A DNA stretch of 64,000 nt from an uncultured Eubacteriales bacterium (GCA_964505785.1 CAZDJZ010000003.1:99186-163185), one strand, 5' to 3'. Counted from the first letter of the stretch, positions 28,533 to 37,818 are shown. Numbers and translations: made by a program. The notes: generated by a model from the sequence alone, not told the origin.

Positions 28533-28824
28533 CTGGATTATTCATAAACAAATTGCGGTGTTTATCCTTTTTTTCTTTTTTTCGATTATTCACGCCACCC
28601 GTAAAAGTCCAATCCATCTGTTTTGTTCTTCTTAAAATGATTATATTTTAATCGCAATTTTTTTACCCCTCGGGCGGGCCTATCTCACTGCAGATTTTGG
28701 TTTGTTTTTGATTTTTGATATTTGATTTTTAATTTAGAAAAAATAACTTTTCACTTTTCACTGATTTACTCTTTACTAAACGAAGCCGTATGGGATCCTT
28801 CGTCGCTTCGCTCATCAGGATGAC
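28533..28824 (+). repeat. copy B of the modular repeat family
   Basis: Same module order as the reverse complement of copy A. It runs CTGGATTATTCATAAACAAATTGCG (28533-28557), GATTATTCACGCC (28583-28595), TCGCAATTTTTTTACCCCTCGGGCGGGCCTATCTCAC (28652-28688), a T-rich tract, then GGGATCCTTCGTCGCTTCGCTCATCAGGATGAC (28792-28824). Confidence 0.6.
28544..28582 (+). terminator. possible intrinsic terminator of polA, formed by the first repeat module
   Basis: Stem ATAAACA (28544-28550), loop aattgcgg, stem TGTTTAT (28559-28565), followed by ccTTTTTTTcTTTTTTT. The stem is short and AT-rich. Confidence 0.35.
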
Positions 28825-28857
28825 TTTGAACTAAGGAAGGCCGTCAATTTGAGATAA

Positions 28858-29982
28858 CTAAAGGTTTTTCTGATAAACCCGGAACCGCTTGTAAATTTCT
28901 CCGCCCATGCGCTCCATCTCAGCCCGCACTTTGACATTGGTTTCCATTTCGTTATGCGTATCCAGGACTTCCATGCCGGCATCCCGCGCACTTTTCAACA
29001 TCGCTACACCCATCAAGACATCCAATCCCCGGCCGCGGTATGATTCTTTTATGGCACCCAAAAGCAAATCCAGCTGCTTGGTTTTTTTTGCTTCCCGCAT
29101 AATCTTAAATATGCCAAAGGGGAAAAGCCGTCCTTTCGCTTTCCGGATTCCTTCCGCCAGATTCGGCATACCCACAACAAACGCCACCAGCTCATCCTCA
29201 TGTTTAACCACTTTGACAAAACGGGGGTCCAAAAGAGGAAGGTACCGTTTCCCCAAAGCGGCCATTTCATCTTCTTCCAGCGGGGTATAACCATAAATCT
29301 GACTGCCGGAATAGCACTCATTCATTAACTGCAATACCGGTACAATCAGGGATTTCAGCTGTTTTCTTTTGGTAAACTCCAATACCTCAAAATGACCTTT
29401 CCGCTTGGCACGCTCAAAAATCTTGATATAAAACTCAGGCAATTCCTCCGGGACATCGATTTTATAAACCACATAATCAATGTCTTTGACATATCCCATC
29501 TTTTTTACCATTTCCGGCATCCACTCAAAATTATAATATCCGGGGATGGTAACGGGACTGTCAAAGCCTTCGACCATAAATCCTTCCGGATCCTGATCGG
29601 TGAATCCATAGGGTCCGATAATCCGCTGCATTCCTTTTTCCCGCGCCCAGGCCTCAACACGGGTTAATAATGTCCGGACCACATCTTCTTCATTCCAGGC
29701 TTCCAGATAACCGAACCGGGCCGCTTTTTCTCCGCTGAACTCATTATATCGGTGGTTGATGATACCCATAATCCGGCCTGCCGGTTTTTTGCCGCGGCAG
29801 GCTAAGAACATAACGGCATCACTATAGGAAAACGCACGGTTTTTTTGGGGATTAAAATATTTCCAATCATCCATATAGATGGGAGGAACCCAGCCGGAGT
29901 GACCGGCATGAATCTTTTCGGGAAGGTAAATAAAAGTTTTTAGGTCCTTGCGGTCCTGAACTTCCTTGACTGTTACTTTCAT
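28858..29982 (-). CDS. GNAT-like acyltransferase family protein (374 aa)
   Basis: The C-terminal region has an acetyl-CoA-binding-type motif YRGRGLDVLMG. The N-terminal FIYLPEKIHAGHSGWVPP is typical of a long GNAT-like family. Function unknown. Confidence 0.6.
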   Translation of the reverse strand: MKVTVKEVQDRKDLKTFIYLPEKIHAGHSGWVPPIYMDDWKYFNPQKNRAFSYSDAVMFLACRGKKPAGRIMGIINHRYNEFSGEKAARFGYLEAWNEEDVVRTLLTRVEAWAREKGMQRIIGPYGFTDQDPEGFMVEGFDSPVTIPGYYNFEWMPEMVKKMGYVKDIDYVVYKIDVPEELPEFYIKIFERAKRKGHFEVLEFTKRKQLKSLIVPVLQLMNECYSGSQIYGYTPLEEDEMAALGKRYLPLLDPRFVKVVKHEDELVAFVVGMPNLAEGIRKAKGRLFPFGIFKIMREAKKTKQLDLLLGAIKESYRGRGLDVLMGVAMLKSARDAGMEVLDTHNEMETNVKVRAEMERMGGEIYKRFRVYQKNL

Positions 29983-30103
29983 CCTTCTCCTTCTTCTTTT
30001 TCCTGTCCGGATTTTGCTTATTCTAATCGCTTCTATATTACATCACAGTCATGGAAAAGGCAAAACCTAAAGCTCGCTTAAAAGACAAAAAATAAAATAG
30101 GTA

Positions 30104-30124
30104 TTGACAACACCATGATAGAAT
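30104..30124 (+). promoter_or_regulatory. candidate extended -10 promoter for the rnf operon
   Basis: TGaTAGAAT (30116-30124) 40 nt upstream of the rnfC ATG. TTGACA (30104-30109) is too close to act as the -35 of this -10 element. Confidence 0.3.
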
Positions 30125-30163
30125 TAATACACTTTAAAATCATTTTTATGGACTATTATTATC

Positions 30164-31486
30164 ATGAAACTAAAGACTTTTCCACACGGCATTCATCCTC
30201 CGGAATACAAAGAATTGACCAAGGACCAGCCTTTGGAACCGCTTACCCCACCTAAAAAAGTCTTCATCCCTCTTTCTCAGCATTTCGGCAAACCCGCCCA
30301 ACCTGTCGTCAAAAAGGGAGACGAAGTTCTTTTAGGTCAAAAAATCGGAGAAAGCCAAGGCTTGTTTTCAGCATGTATTCATGCAAGTGTTTCCGGAAAG
30401 GTAACCAAAATTGAAGATTATCCCCATCCCCTGGGGCGGCCCGTCCCGGCCATCATCATCACCAATGATGGAGAGGACAAGCTCCATCCGGATTTAAAAG
30501 GCAGTAAGGATCCCTTTTCCCTTACACCCGAAGAAATCCGGGAGCGGGTAAAAGAGGCGGGAATCGTCGGGATGGGAGGAGCTGCCTTTCCCACCGCAGT
30601 CAAGCTGGGCCCTCCTAAGGATAAGCCTATTGACGCCGTCATTATCAACGGCTGTGAATGTGAGCCTGTTCTTACCTCGGATTACCGGATCATGCTTGAA
30701 CACACTGAAGATGTCCTGAAGGGGGCGGAATTGGTGCGGAAAGCGGCCGGAGCCAAAAAACTCTATATCGGAATCGAAGACAACAAAAAAGAGCTCTATG
30801 ACATCTTCACCGAAAAAAGAAAGGATATTTCCTGCGAAATCATTCTGCTGAAGACTAAATATCCTCAAGGTGCGGAAAAAAACCTCATCCAGGCCGTACT
30901 GGGCCGAAAGGTCCCCAGAGGGGGGCTTCCCTTTGACGTCGGCGTGGTTGTCCAAAACGTCGGAACCGCCAAGGCGGTTTGGGATGCAGCAGCGAGCGGC
31001 ACCCCGCTTTTCCAGCGGGCAGTGACGGTTTCGGGGTGGGGAATTCAAGAACCGAAGAACCTTATGATTCGAATCGGAACTCCTTTTCAACACGCCATTG
31101 AATTTTGCGGCGGCCTCAAAGAAGACAGCAACATGCTGGTTATGGGCGGCCCCATGATGGGGCTGACTCAATGGACCGCCGATGTCCCGGTGATAAAGGG
31201 CACATCCGGTATTTTATCCTGGCGGGAAGCAGATGTTCCGCAAGAATACACCTGCATCAGGTGCGGACGATGCGTGGAGCACTGCCCCATGAAACTGGCA
31301 CCGACTCAATTAATGAGATACACCCAATATGACCTGATGAGCGAAGCCGAAGAATGGGGGATTATGGATTGCGTGGAATGTGGATGCTGCCAATATATAT
31401 GTCCGGCTCATATTCCTCTGGTGCATTGGATGCGCCTGGGAAAGAATATCATTGCAAGCAAAAAACGAAAAAAGAGTTCCTCATGA
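30164..31486 (+). CDS. rnfC: Rnf electron transport complex subunit C
   Basis: GMGGAAFPT NADH/FMN site plus CIRCGRCVEHCP and CVECGCCQYICP. 440 aa. Confidence 0.9.
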   Translation: MKLKTFPHGIHPPEYKELTKDQPLEPLTPPKKVFIPLSQHFGKPAQPVVKKGDEVLLGQKIGESQGLFSACIHASVSGKVTKIEDYPHPLGRPVPAIIITNDGEDKLHPDLKGSKDPFSLTPEEIRERVKEAGIVGMGGAAFPTAVKLGPPKDKPIDAVIINGCECEPVLTSDYRIMLEHTEDVLKGAELVRKAAGAKKLYIGIEDNKKELYDIFTEKRKDISCEIILLKTKYPQGAEKNLIQAVLGRKVPRGGLPFDVGVVVQNVGTAKAVWDAAASGTPLFQRAVTVSGWGIQEPKNLMIRIGTPFQHAIEFCGGLKEDSNMLVMGGPMMGLTQWTADVPVIKGTSGILSWREADVPQEYTCIRCGRCVEHCPMKLAPTQLMRYTQYDLMSEAEEWGIMDCVECGCCQYICPAHIPLVHWMRLGKNIIASKKRKKSSS

Positions 31487-32457
31487 GCAATAACATTTTT
31501 ATTATCAAATCATCTCCGCATTTTCGTGACCGGGATTCCATCCCGAAAATTATGTATGCCGTAGTCCTGAGCCTGCTCCCGGCTGTTATAGCTTCCCTTT
31601 ATTTTTTCCGGCTCCGCGCACTGGTTATTTATCTCATCTGCGTAGCAACATGTCTGGTGACGGAAACCCTGTTTTTAAAGGTCAGGAAAAAACCCATATC
31701 AGCCCTGCTGGATGGATCTGCGGTTATCACCGGTTTATTATTGGCTATGACTCTCCCCCCCGGGCTGTCTTATGAGCTGGTTGTTATTGGGGCGGTCGCA
31801 GCCATGGCCCTCGGCAAACAGGTCTTCGGAGGCCTTGGTTATAATATTTTTAATCCCGCGCTGGTCGGCCGGGCTTTTCTCCAGATTGCTTTTCCAGTAG
31901 CCATGACCACCTGGATGCCGCCCGCCACCCTATCCGTCGATACGGCCACGTTTGCAACACCGCTGGGGAATCTTAAATTTGAAAACGCCCTCTCTGAAGG
32001 GACCCTTACCCCGCTGACCGACTTATTCTGGGGCAATACCGGAGGATGCATCGGAGAAACATCTGCGGCCGCGCTGCTGCTGGGCGCCGCTTTTCTTTTA
32101 TTCAGAAAAACCATTGACTGGCGCATCCCCCTGGGCATTATAGGTATATTAACCATTTTTACCGGCATTTTTTGGTTGGCGGACCCCTCCCGATTCGCAT
32201 CTCCGCTTTTCCATATTTTAGCAGGCGGCTTGTTAATCGGAGCGTTTTTTATGGCCACTGACATGGTAACCTCTCCTTTTGCCCCCGGTGCCACCTGGAT
32301 ATATGCATTGGGAATCGGCCTGATGATCGGTTTGATTCGATTATTCGGCGGCTTTCCGGAAGGAGTTATGTTTTCCATCCTGTTCATGAATACATTTGTC
32401 CCCCTTCTTAACCGGTATGTCCGGCCCAAGATTTTGGGTGAAAGGAGGGGGCAATGA
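31483..32457 (+). CDS. rnfD: Rnf complex subunit D
   Basis: Polytopic membrane protein with FFMATDMVTSP (NqrB/RnfD FMN-attachment region). The start MSNNIF overlaps the rnfC stop as ATGA. The track ORF start at 31354 lies inside rnfC. Confidence 0.9.
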   Translation: MSNNIFIIKSSPHFRDRDSIPKIMYAVVLSLLPAVIASLYFFRLRALVIYLICVATCLVTETLFLKVRKKPISALLDGSAVITGLLLAMTLPPGLSYELVVIGAVAAMALGKQVFGGLGYNIFNPALVGRAFLQIAFPVAMTTWMPPATLSVDTATFATPLGNLKFENALSEGTLTPLTDLFWGNTGGCIGETSAAALLLGAAFLLFRKTIDWRIPLGIIGILTIFTGIFWLADPSRFASPLFHILAGGLLIGAFFMATDMVTSPFAPGATWIYALGIGLMIGLIRLFGGFPEGVMFSILFMNTFVPLLNRYVRPKILGERRGQ

Positions 32458-33047
32458 ATCTTACCGCCAGAATGATTATTGTTCTCACCGTAGTGGGATT
32501 AGTGTCCGGATCCTTTCTCGCGGTTGTAGGGATGCTGACCGAGGAACGTATTGAACAGAACCGGCTTGAAGAAATCAATAGGGCGATCACCGAAGTTGTT
32601 CCGGGCGCTGCTTCCGGAGAAATTGTTTATGAGGGAGACAGCATGACCGTTTATGCCGGACAGGACCGGGAAGGAAATCAAGTTGGTTACGCCCTGTATA
32701 CATCCGGAACCGGTTTTCAGGATATCATCACTTTGATGGTGGGTGTTGACCCCTTAGTCACGGAAATTCATGATTTGACGATTTTAGAGCAAACGGAAAC
32801 ACCGGGGCTGGGAGCGAAAATCACTTCTGATAAAGAATATCTTCGTTTCTGGAAAGACCGCACCGCTGAAAAAAACCTGAAGCTTCGGAAACCGGCCGTG
32901 GATTCTCCTGAACAGTTGGATACGCATGAAGTCAATACTATTACCGGCGCCACTATTTCCGCCCAGAAAGTCGTGGATATTGTTAATCGCGCCTTGGAAA
33001 AAATGAAATCACTTAAGCAGGAAGGACAACTGGGAGGCAAAGATTAA
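32454..33047 (+). CDS. rnfG: Rnf complex subunit G (FMN_bind)
   Basis: N-terminal TM segment, with NTITGATISAQ as the covalent-FMN (S/T)GAT motif. Confidence 0.85.
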   Translation: MNLTARMIIVLTVVGLVSGSFLAVVGMLTEERIEQNRLEEINRAITEVVPGAASGEIVYEGDSMTVYAGQDREGNQVGYALYTSGTGFQDIITLMVGVDPLVTEIHDLTILEQTETPGLGAKITSDKEYLRFWKDRTAEKNLKLRKPAVDSPEQLDTHEVNTITGATISAQKVVDIVNRALEKMKSLKQEGQLGGKD

Positions 33048-33048
33048 A

Positions 33049-33663
33049 ATGGCGAAAAAAAGCATAACCTCCGAATATTTAAAAGGTCTATGGGATGAAA
33101 ACCCGGTATTTCGCCAACTTCTGGGCATGTGTCCCGTCTTAGCGGTAACAAACGCGCTTATCAACGGAATCGCTATGGGCTTGGCAGCATCCTTCGTTCT
33201 CATTATGAGCTCTCTTGTTGTCTCTTCCATAAAAAAACTGATCCCCAGCCAAGTCCGGATTGCCAGTTACATCGTTATTATCGCTTCTTTCGTGACCATC
33301 GCCGACCGGGTCCTGGCTGCGTATTTTCCTCCGATCTCCAAAGCATTAGGGCCGTATGTCCCGCTGATTGTGGTTAATTGCGTTATTCTCGGCCGGCAGG
33401 AAGCTTTCGCTTCTAAAAATTCCGTAGGGCGTGCAGTTATTGACGCCCTAGGAATGGGAACCGGATTCACATTAGCCCTGATGGTACTGAGCTCCATCCG
33501 GGAATTGCTGGGTACCGGAACCATTTTAGGGTACCAAGTGATGGGCAGCTGGTTCAAGCCATGGATCATCATGATTCTGCCCGCCGGAGCTTTCATTACC
33601 CTCGGCATCCTGCTGGGATTGGTCATGTTGATCGAGACTAAGACAAAAACCGGGAGCGCATGA
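33049..33663 (+). CDS. rnfE: Rnf complex subunit E
   Basis: NqrD/RnfE-type membrane protein with GMCPVLAVT. 204 aa. Confidence 0.85.
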   Translation: MAKKSITSEYLKGLWDENPVFRQLLGMCPVLAVTNALINGIAMGLAASFVLIMSSLVVSSIKKLIPSQVRIASYIVIIASFVTIADRVLAAYFPPISKALGPYVPLIVVNCVILGRQEAFASKNSVGRAVIDALGMGTGFTLALMVLSSIRELLGTGTILGYQVMGSWFKPWIIMILPAGAFITLGILLGLVMLIETKTKTGSA

Positions 33664-34238
33664 TGGATCTTTTTACCATATTAATACTGGCAGTTTTTGT
33701 TAACAATTTTGTTTTATATTATTTCTTGGGCATTTGTCCTTTTCTTGGAGTCAGCAAGAAGATCGACTCTGCTTTTTCCATGGGAATGGCAGTGACCTTT
33801 GTCATGACCATCACAGCAGTTGTGTCCTGGATGATCAATCACTGGATTCTTATTCCCAATAACTTGAGTTATCTTCAGATTGTCACCTTCATCCTGGTTA
33901 TAGCTTCCTTGGTCCAGCTGGTGGAAATGTTCATTCGCAAAATGAGCCCCCCCTTGTACCAAGCATTAGGGATTTATCTGCCTCTCATCACAACCAACTG
34001 CGCGATAATGGGTTTGGCCCTTCTGGCCGCCTTGAAGGAATATGACTTTATCACCACCGTCGTCTTCGGAGTCGGTTCCGGACTTGGCTTCACCCTGGCT
34101 ATTGTCCTGATGGCCGGTATCAGGGAACAATTGGATATGGCGGATGTCCCCGAACCACTCAAAGGTGCAGGAATCGCATTAATCGTCGCCGGAATTATGG
34201 CCTTGGCCTTTACCGGCTTTTCAGGGATGATTCAATAA
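33660..34238 (+). CDS. rnfA: Rnf complex subunit A
   Basis: NqrE/RnfA-type membrane protein with LGICPFLGVS. 192 aa. Confidence 0.85.
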   Translation: MMDLFTILILAVFVNNFVLYYFLGICPFLGVSKKIDSAFSMGMAVTFVMTITAVVSWMINHWILIPNNLSYLQIVTFILVIASLVQLVEMFIRKMSPPLYQALGIYLPLITTNCAIMGLALLAALKEYDFITTVVFGVGSGLGFTLAIVLMAGIREQLDMADVPEPLKGAGIALIVAGIMALAFTGFSGMIQ

Positions 34239-35044
34239 TGGATATGTTAATACCGATTATAACCATGGGAGCGCTGGGCTTCCTTTTTTCAGTGGGTCTG
34301 GCTGTTGCCTACCAAAAATTAAAGGTTGAAGAAGACCCAAAGGTTGAAAAAATATCAGAAATTCTTCCTCAGGCCAATTGCGGCGCTTGCGGATATTCCG
34401 GCTGTCATGCCTTTGCCCAAGCCGTCGCCGCCGGAAAAGCAGAGCCGGCCGGATGCCCGGTGGGGGGAAGTGAAATTTCAGAAAAAATCGCCGGCATTCT
34501 GGGGGTGGAGTCTACGGAAACGGTTAAAAAAATCGCCCGGCTTCACTGCCGAGGAACGAATGACGCTGCTAAATCCAGAGGGCAATATATAGGGATTACC
34601 ACATGTGAAGCGGGCCACTTAGTCGGAGGCAACAAACAATGCGTCTACGGCTGCCTCGGCTTTGGTGATTGTGTCCGGTCCTGCCCGTTTGACGCCATCA
34701 AAATGGGAACAGACGGCTTGCCGGTCGTCGATGAAAACAAATGCACCGCCTGCGGAAAATGTGTGGACGCCTGTCCCCGCAACCTTTTGGAGCTTCATCC
34801 TCTTTCTCAAAATATACTGGTTTTCTGCCGTTCCCGGGACCGCGGCCCTTCCGCAAAAAAAGCCTGTAAAAACGCGTGTATCGCCTGCGGAATATGCGCT
34901 AAGGCCAGTCCCGACGCCATTGTGGTGGAGGACAATCTTGCTGTCATAAAAGATTCCAAGAAAATTGAACCGGACCATATCGAAAAAATCGAAAAATGTC
35001 CGACCGGTGCTATCGGCCGGCTTAGAAAAGATAATGAAGGATGA
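34238..35044 (+). CDS. rnfB: Rnf complex subunit B
   Basis: N-terminal TM segment, CGACGYSGCHAFA cluster, and ferredoxin motifs including CTACGKCVDACP. Confidence 0.85.
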   Translation: MDMLIPIITMGALGFLFSVGLAVAYQKLKVEEDPKVEKISEILPQANCGACGYSGCHAFAQAVAAGKAEPAGCPVGGSEISEKIAGILGVESTETVKKIARLHCRGTNDAAKSRGQYIGITTCEAGHLVGGNKQCVYGCLGFGDCVRSCPFDAIKMGTDGLPVVDENKCTACGKCVDACPRNLLELHPLSQNILVFCRSRDRGPSAKKACKNACIACGICAKASPDAIVVEDNLAVIKDSKKIEPDHIEKIEKCPTGAIGRLRKDNEG

Positions 35045-35474
35045 AGGCATCGTGATTTCCACACAGGGAGAAATGGCTGAAGTGGAAGTGTCCTGCCTTG
35101 AGGGATGCCATGACTGTTCCGCCCGGAGCCTATGCGGTGTCGATACCCAAAAAAAAGGCTCCTTGAAGGCTTTGAATTCAGCGGGAGCTCACTCCGGCGA
35201 TACGGTCAGTCTTGATATTCCCGATTCCACTTACAACCGTCATTTAATCAGGCTGTTCGGCGGTCTTCTCGCCGGCGCCGTCACCGGTGCTTTCATGGGT
35301 TATATTCTGTCCCGGTATATTCCCATATCTGCAGATTTTTCAGCATTTCTCGGGCTCTTCCTGGGAGGAGGAGTCTCCGGATGGATGCTTTTTCATCAAT
35401 TGCGCAGGGATTCCCGGAGTATATATCCCGTCATAACCGGCATTATCCCGCAAAAAGGAGAATCAAATGGATAG
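35034..35474 (+). CDS. RseC/MucC (SoxR-reducing system)-like small membrane protein
   Basis: Has the N-terminal beta-rich part GIVISTQGEMAEVEV..C..C, followed by two TM helices. This is the usual position after rnfB. Start at MKDEG (35034). Confidence 0.6.
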   Translation: MKDEGIVISTQGEMAEVEVSCLEGCHDCSARSLCGVDTQKKGSLKALNSAGAHSGDTVSLDIPDSTYNRHLIRLFGGLLAGAVTGAFMGYILSRYIPISADFSAFLGLFLGGGVSGWMLFHQLRRDSRSIYPVITGIIPQKGESNG

Positions 35475-36186
35475 AAGAAACTTTTTACAGACGTTATTGA
35501 CTGCACCGTTGTTAGCCCAATATATTCAAGCCTCGCAGAGCAATGCCCGCCAGCAAGAATACTACCTGATTTCCGATACCCCTGACCAATGGCTGGATTT
35601 TTTATTCATGGAAGCCGGCACTCAGCAATCTTCCGGACGTTTTGCTTTCTTGAACCAGCACCCGCAAAAAAAACATATTCAGCGGCACTTGATTAAATCA
35701 GAATGGAAACCGGTAGATAAGCCGGCTAAAGCCAATCTCTGCATTTCCGGAAGCCGCCTGCAATCGCCGGCTTCGCCATCCTTCACCTTGGTTGAAAAAG
35801 GCCGGATCCGTGACATTCGATCTGACCGCCTCTATCCCTTATGGAAAAATTTCCAAACCCAGGCTCCTTCAAGACAGTTGACCACGCTTTCCTTTATGCC
35901 GCAAAAAGCCGGCCGCGGAAAAACCGCTGTTGTTTACCATCACGGCCGAAAAGTCGCGGTTTTTCCTTTAAACCAAAAACACACCAGGTTTTTCACAACC
36001 GGTTCCGGACGCATCACCGTCAAAGTTGATCAGGGAAAAGCCTGGGTAGAAGACTCTCCCTGCGCTCAAAAAATCTGCCGTCATGCCGCCCCCATTTTCT
36101 TGGCCGGAGAACGGATTATCTGCGCTCCCAACCGCTTTCTTCTCGAAATAGAAGGCGGCAGGGGAGTTGATACCGTACTGGGCTGA
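35467..36186 (+). CDS. TAT-signal protein with C-terminal NusG_II (DUF1312) domain
   Basis: MDRRNFLQTLL is a twin-arginine motif. The C-terminal CAQKICRHAAPIFLAGERIICAPNRFLLEIEG resembles the NusG domain-II family signature (C-x2-C ... C-x-P-N). The N-terminal ~170 aa are unrecognised. Confidence 0.55.
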   Translation: MDRRNFLQTLLTAPLLAQYIQASQSNARQQEYYLISDTPDQWLDFLFMEAGTQQSSGRFAFLNQHPQKKHIQRHLIKSEWKPVDKPAKANLCISGSRLQSPASPSFTLVEKGRIRDIRSDRLYPLWKNFQTQAPSRQLTTLSFMPQKAGRGKTAVVYHHGRKVAVFPLNQKHTRFFTTGSGRITVKVDQGKAWVEDSPCAQKICRHAAPIFLAGERIICAPNRFLLEIEGGRGVDTVLG

Positions 36187-36199
36187 ACTTCGCGGGACA

Positions 36200-37765
36200 A
36201 TGCCACTTTTTGCCGGATTGGATGTTTCAACCCAAAGCTGCAAGCTGGTCGTGATTGATCCCGGCAAGGGAGCCGTCGTTCATATCGATTTCATCCAGTA
36301 TGACAAAGACCTTCCTGAATACAAAACCACTCTCGGAGTCATCTCCGGCCTTCCGGAGGGCTGCTCTGAATCAGACCCGAACATGTGGATTGATGCTGTT
36401 AACCGGGTCTTTGAAAACCTGCTCTCCTCTCCTGTTAACACCAAAGATATCCGCTGTATTTCTGTATCCGGACAAATGCACGGACTTGTGGCCCTGGATA
36501 AACATGACCGGTTAACCCGTCCCCGCAGTAAATTATGGAACGATTATTCTACGGCGGAAGAATGCCGTATCCTGACAGAGGCCGTTGGTGGGAAAAAAGC
36601 GATGATCCGTCACGTCGGCAATACACAGCGGCCGGGATATACCGCGCCGAAAATCCTGCATATGAAAAGGCATGAGCCGGAGTTTTATCATAAAACCAAT
36701 GTTTTTCTGGTGGTACACAATTATATCAATTGGTATCTTTCCGGCGGGATTAAAATTATGGAACCCGGGGATGCATCCGGGACCGCGCTCTGGAACCCCA
36801 AAACCCGCGATTGGTCCCATAGGGTCATCTCCGCAATTGAACCCGGACTGCAGGATAAACTTCCTGCGGTTTGTCCTTCCCAAAGCATTATCGGGCCTAT
36901 TTCCCCGCATCTGGTTAAAAAATTCGCCTTTTCCCCGGAATGTCAAATCGACGCCGGAAGCGGGGACAATATGTATGGAGCGGTAGGAACCGGCAATATC
37001 AATCCTGGAATGGTGACCGTCAGTTTGGGGACAAGCGGAACCGCTGCCACTGTTTTAACCGAGCCTTTTATAGACCCCGCTGGAGAAATCGCATCTTTTT
37101 GTGACAGTACCGGTCAATACATGCCCCTGTTATGTGTATCTAATCTCGCCAATGGTTATAACCAATTTCTTCACCAATTTCAGCTGTCACATGAGGAATT
37201 CAGCCGTACCGTTTCTCAGACCCAGCCAGGAAACAGGGGAAGGGTTCTGATTCCCTGGTACTGCGGGGAAAGAACCCCTGACCTGCCGTTGGCGGCGCCG
37301 CTTTATTTTGGATTCAAGCCCGGAGATTTCAATCCGGCCGTCCTCTGCCGTGCGGTACTTGAGGGGCATATCCTTAACCTTTATGAAGGGTTCCGACGGC
37401 TTCCTGTCGAACCCAAGGAGATCCGTCTGACCGGAGGGCTGTCCCAATCGGAAGCCTGGGTTCAGGCCATAGCCGATATTTTCGACACGGAAACTGTCCC
37501 CGTCGAAGGAGAAGGGGCCGCTTTGGGAGCGGCCTTGCATGCCGCATGGGTCTGGCAAAAAAACAAAACCTCCGATTCCAGGCTGAATGATCTGGTGCGG
37601 GAATTTGTAACCACTTCTCCCTCACGCCGCCGGACACCCCGCGCACATTACAAGGCCCGCAACCGGGTACTTAAGCGGCTCTTTAAAGCCCTTAACTCCC
37701 GCCTGCGCGGAATTCCCAGCGATGACGATCCCTTTGTTCTTCACCGCAGGCTCTCGACAGAATAA
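36200..37765 (+). CDS. FGGY-family carbohydrate kinase (xylulokinase-like)
   Basis: FAGLDVSTQSCKLVVID and GSGDNMYGAVGTG motifs. About 520 aa. Start at MPLFAG (36200). Confidence 0.8.
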   Translation: MPLFAGLDVSTQSCKLVVIDPGKGAVVHIDFIQYDKDLPEYKTTLGVISGLPEGCSESDPNMWIDAVNRVFENLLSSPVNTKDIRCISVSGQMHGLVALDKHDRLTRPRSKLWNDYSTAEECRILTEAVGGKKAMIRHVGNTQRPGYTAPKILHMKRHEPEFYHKTNVFLVVHNYINWYLSGGIKIMEPGDASGTALWNPKTRDWSHRVISAIEPGLQDKLPAVCPSQSIIGPISPHLVKKFAFSPECQIDAGSGDNMYGAVGTGNINPGMVTVSLGTSGTAATVLTEPFIDPAGEIASFCDSTGQYMPLLCVSNLANGYNQFLHQFQLSHEEFSRTVSQTQPGNRGRVLIPWYCGERTPDLPLAAPLYFGFKPGDFNPAVLCRAVLEGHILNLYEGFRRLPVEPKEIRLTGGLSQSEAWVQAIADIFDTETVPVEGEGAALGAALHAAWVWQKNKTSDSRLNDLVREFVTTSPSRRRTPRAHYKARNRVLKRLFKALNSRLRGIPSDDDPFVLHRRLSTE

Positions 37766-37818
37766 CTCCTCACATTCCCTTTGCCCTAATTATTAGTTCG
37801 AAAATGGCCTGGCCTATT

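Noticed and set aside
30494-31171. Long antisense shadow ORFs opposite strongly supported genes. They are 30494-31171 in rnfC, 54448-55131 in the adaptor gene, 15048-15677 in the amidase gene, 8191-8763 in the receiver and dnaE genes, 31839-32429 in rnfD, and 17869-18312 in the polyferredoxin gene.
   Set aside because: Each lies opposite a gene with clear family motifs. Their translations are low-complexity or Arg/Ser/Pro/Gly-rich, lack RBS and motifs, and are the expected by-product of codon bias on the opposite strand.
31354-31482. N-terminal extension of rnfD overlapping rnfC by 133 nt
   Set aside because: The extension is an out-of-frame read of the rnfC 3' end. The MSNNIF start overlaps the rnfC stop as ATGA, and RnfD homologues begin near this point.
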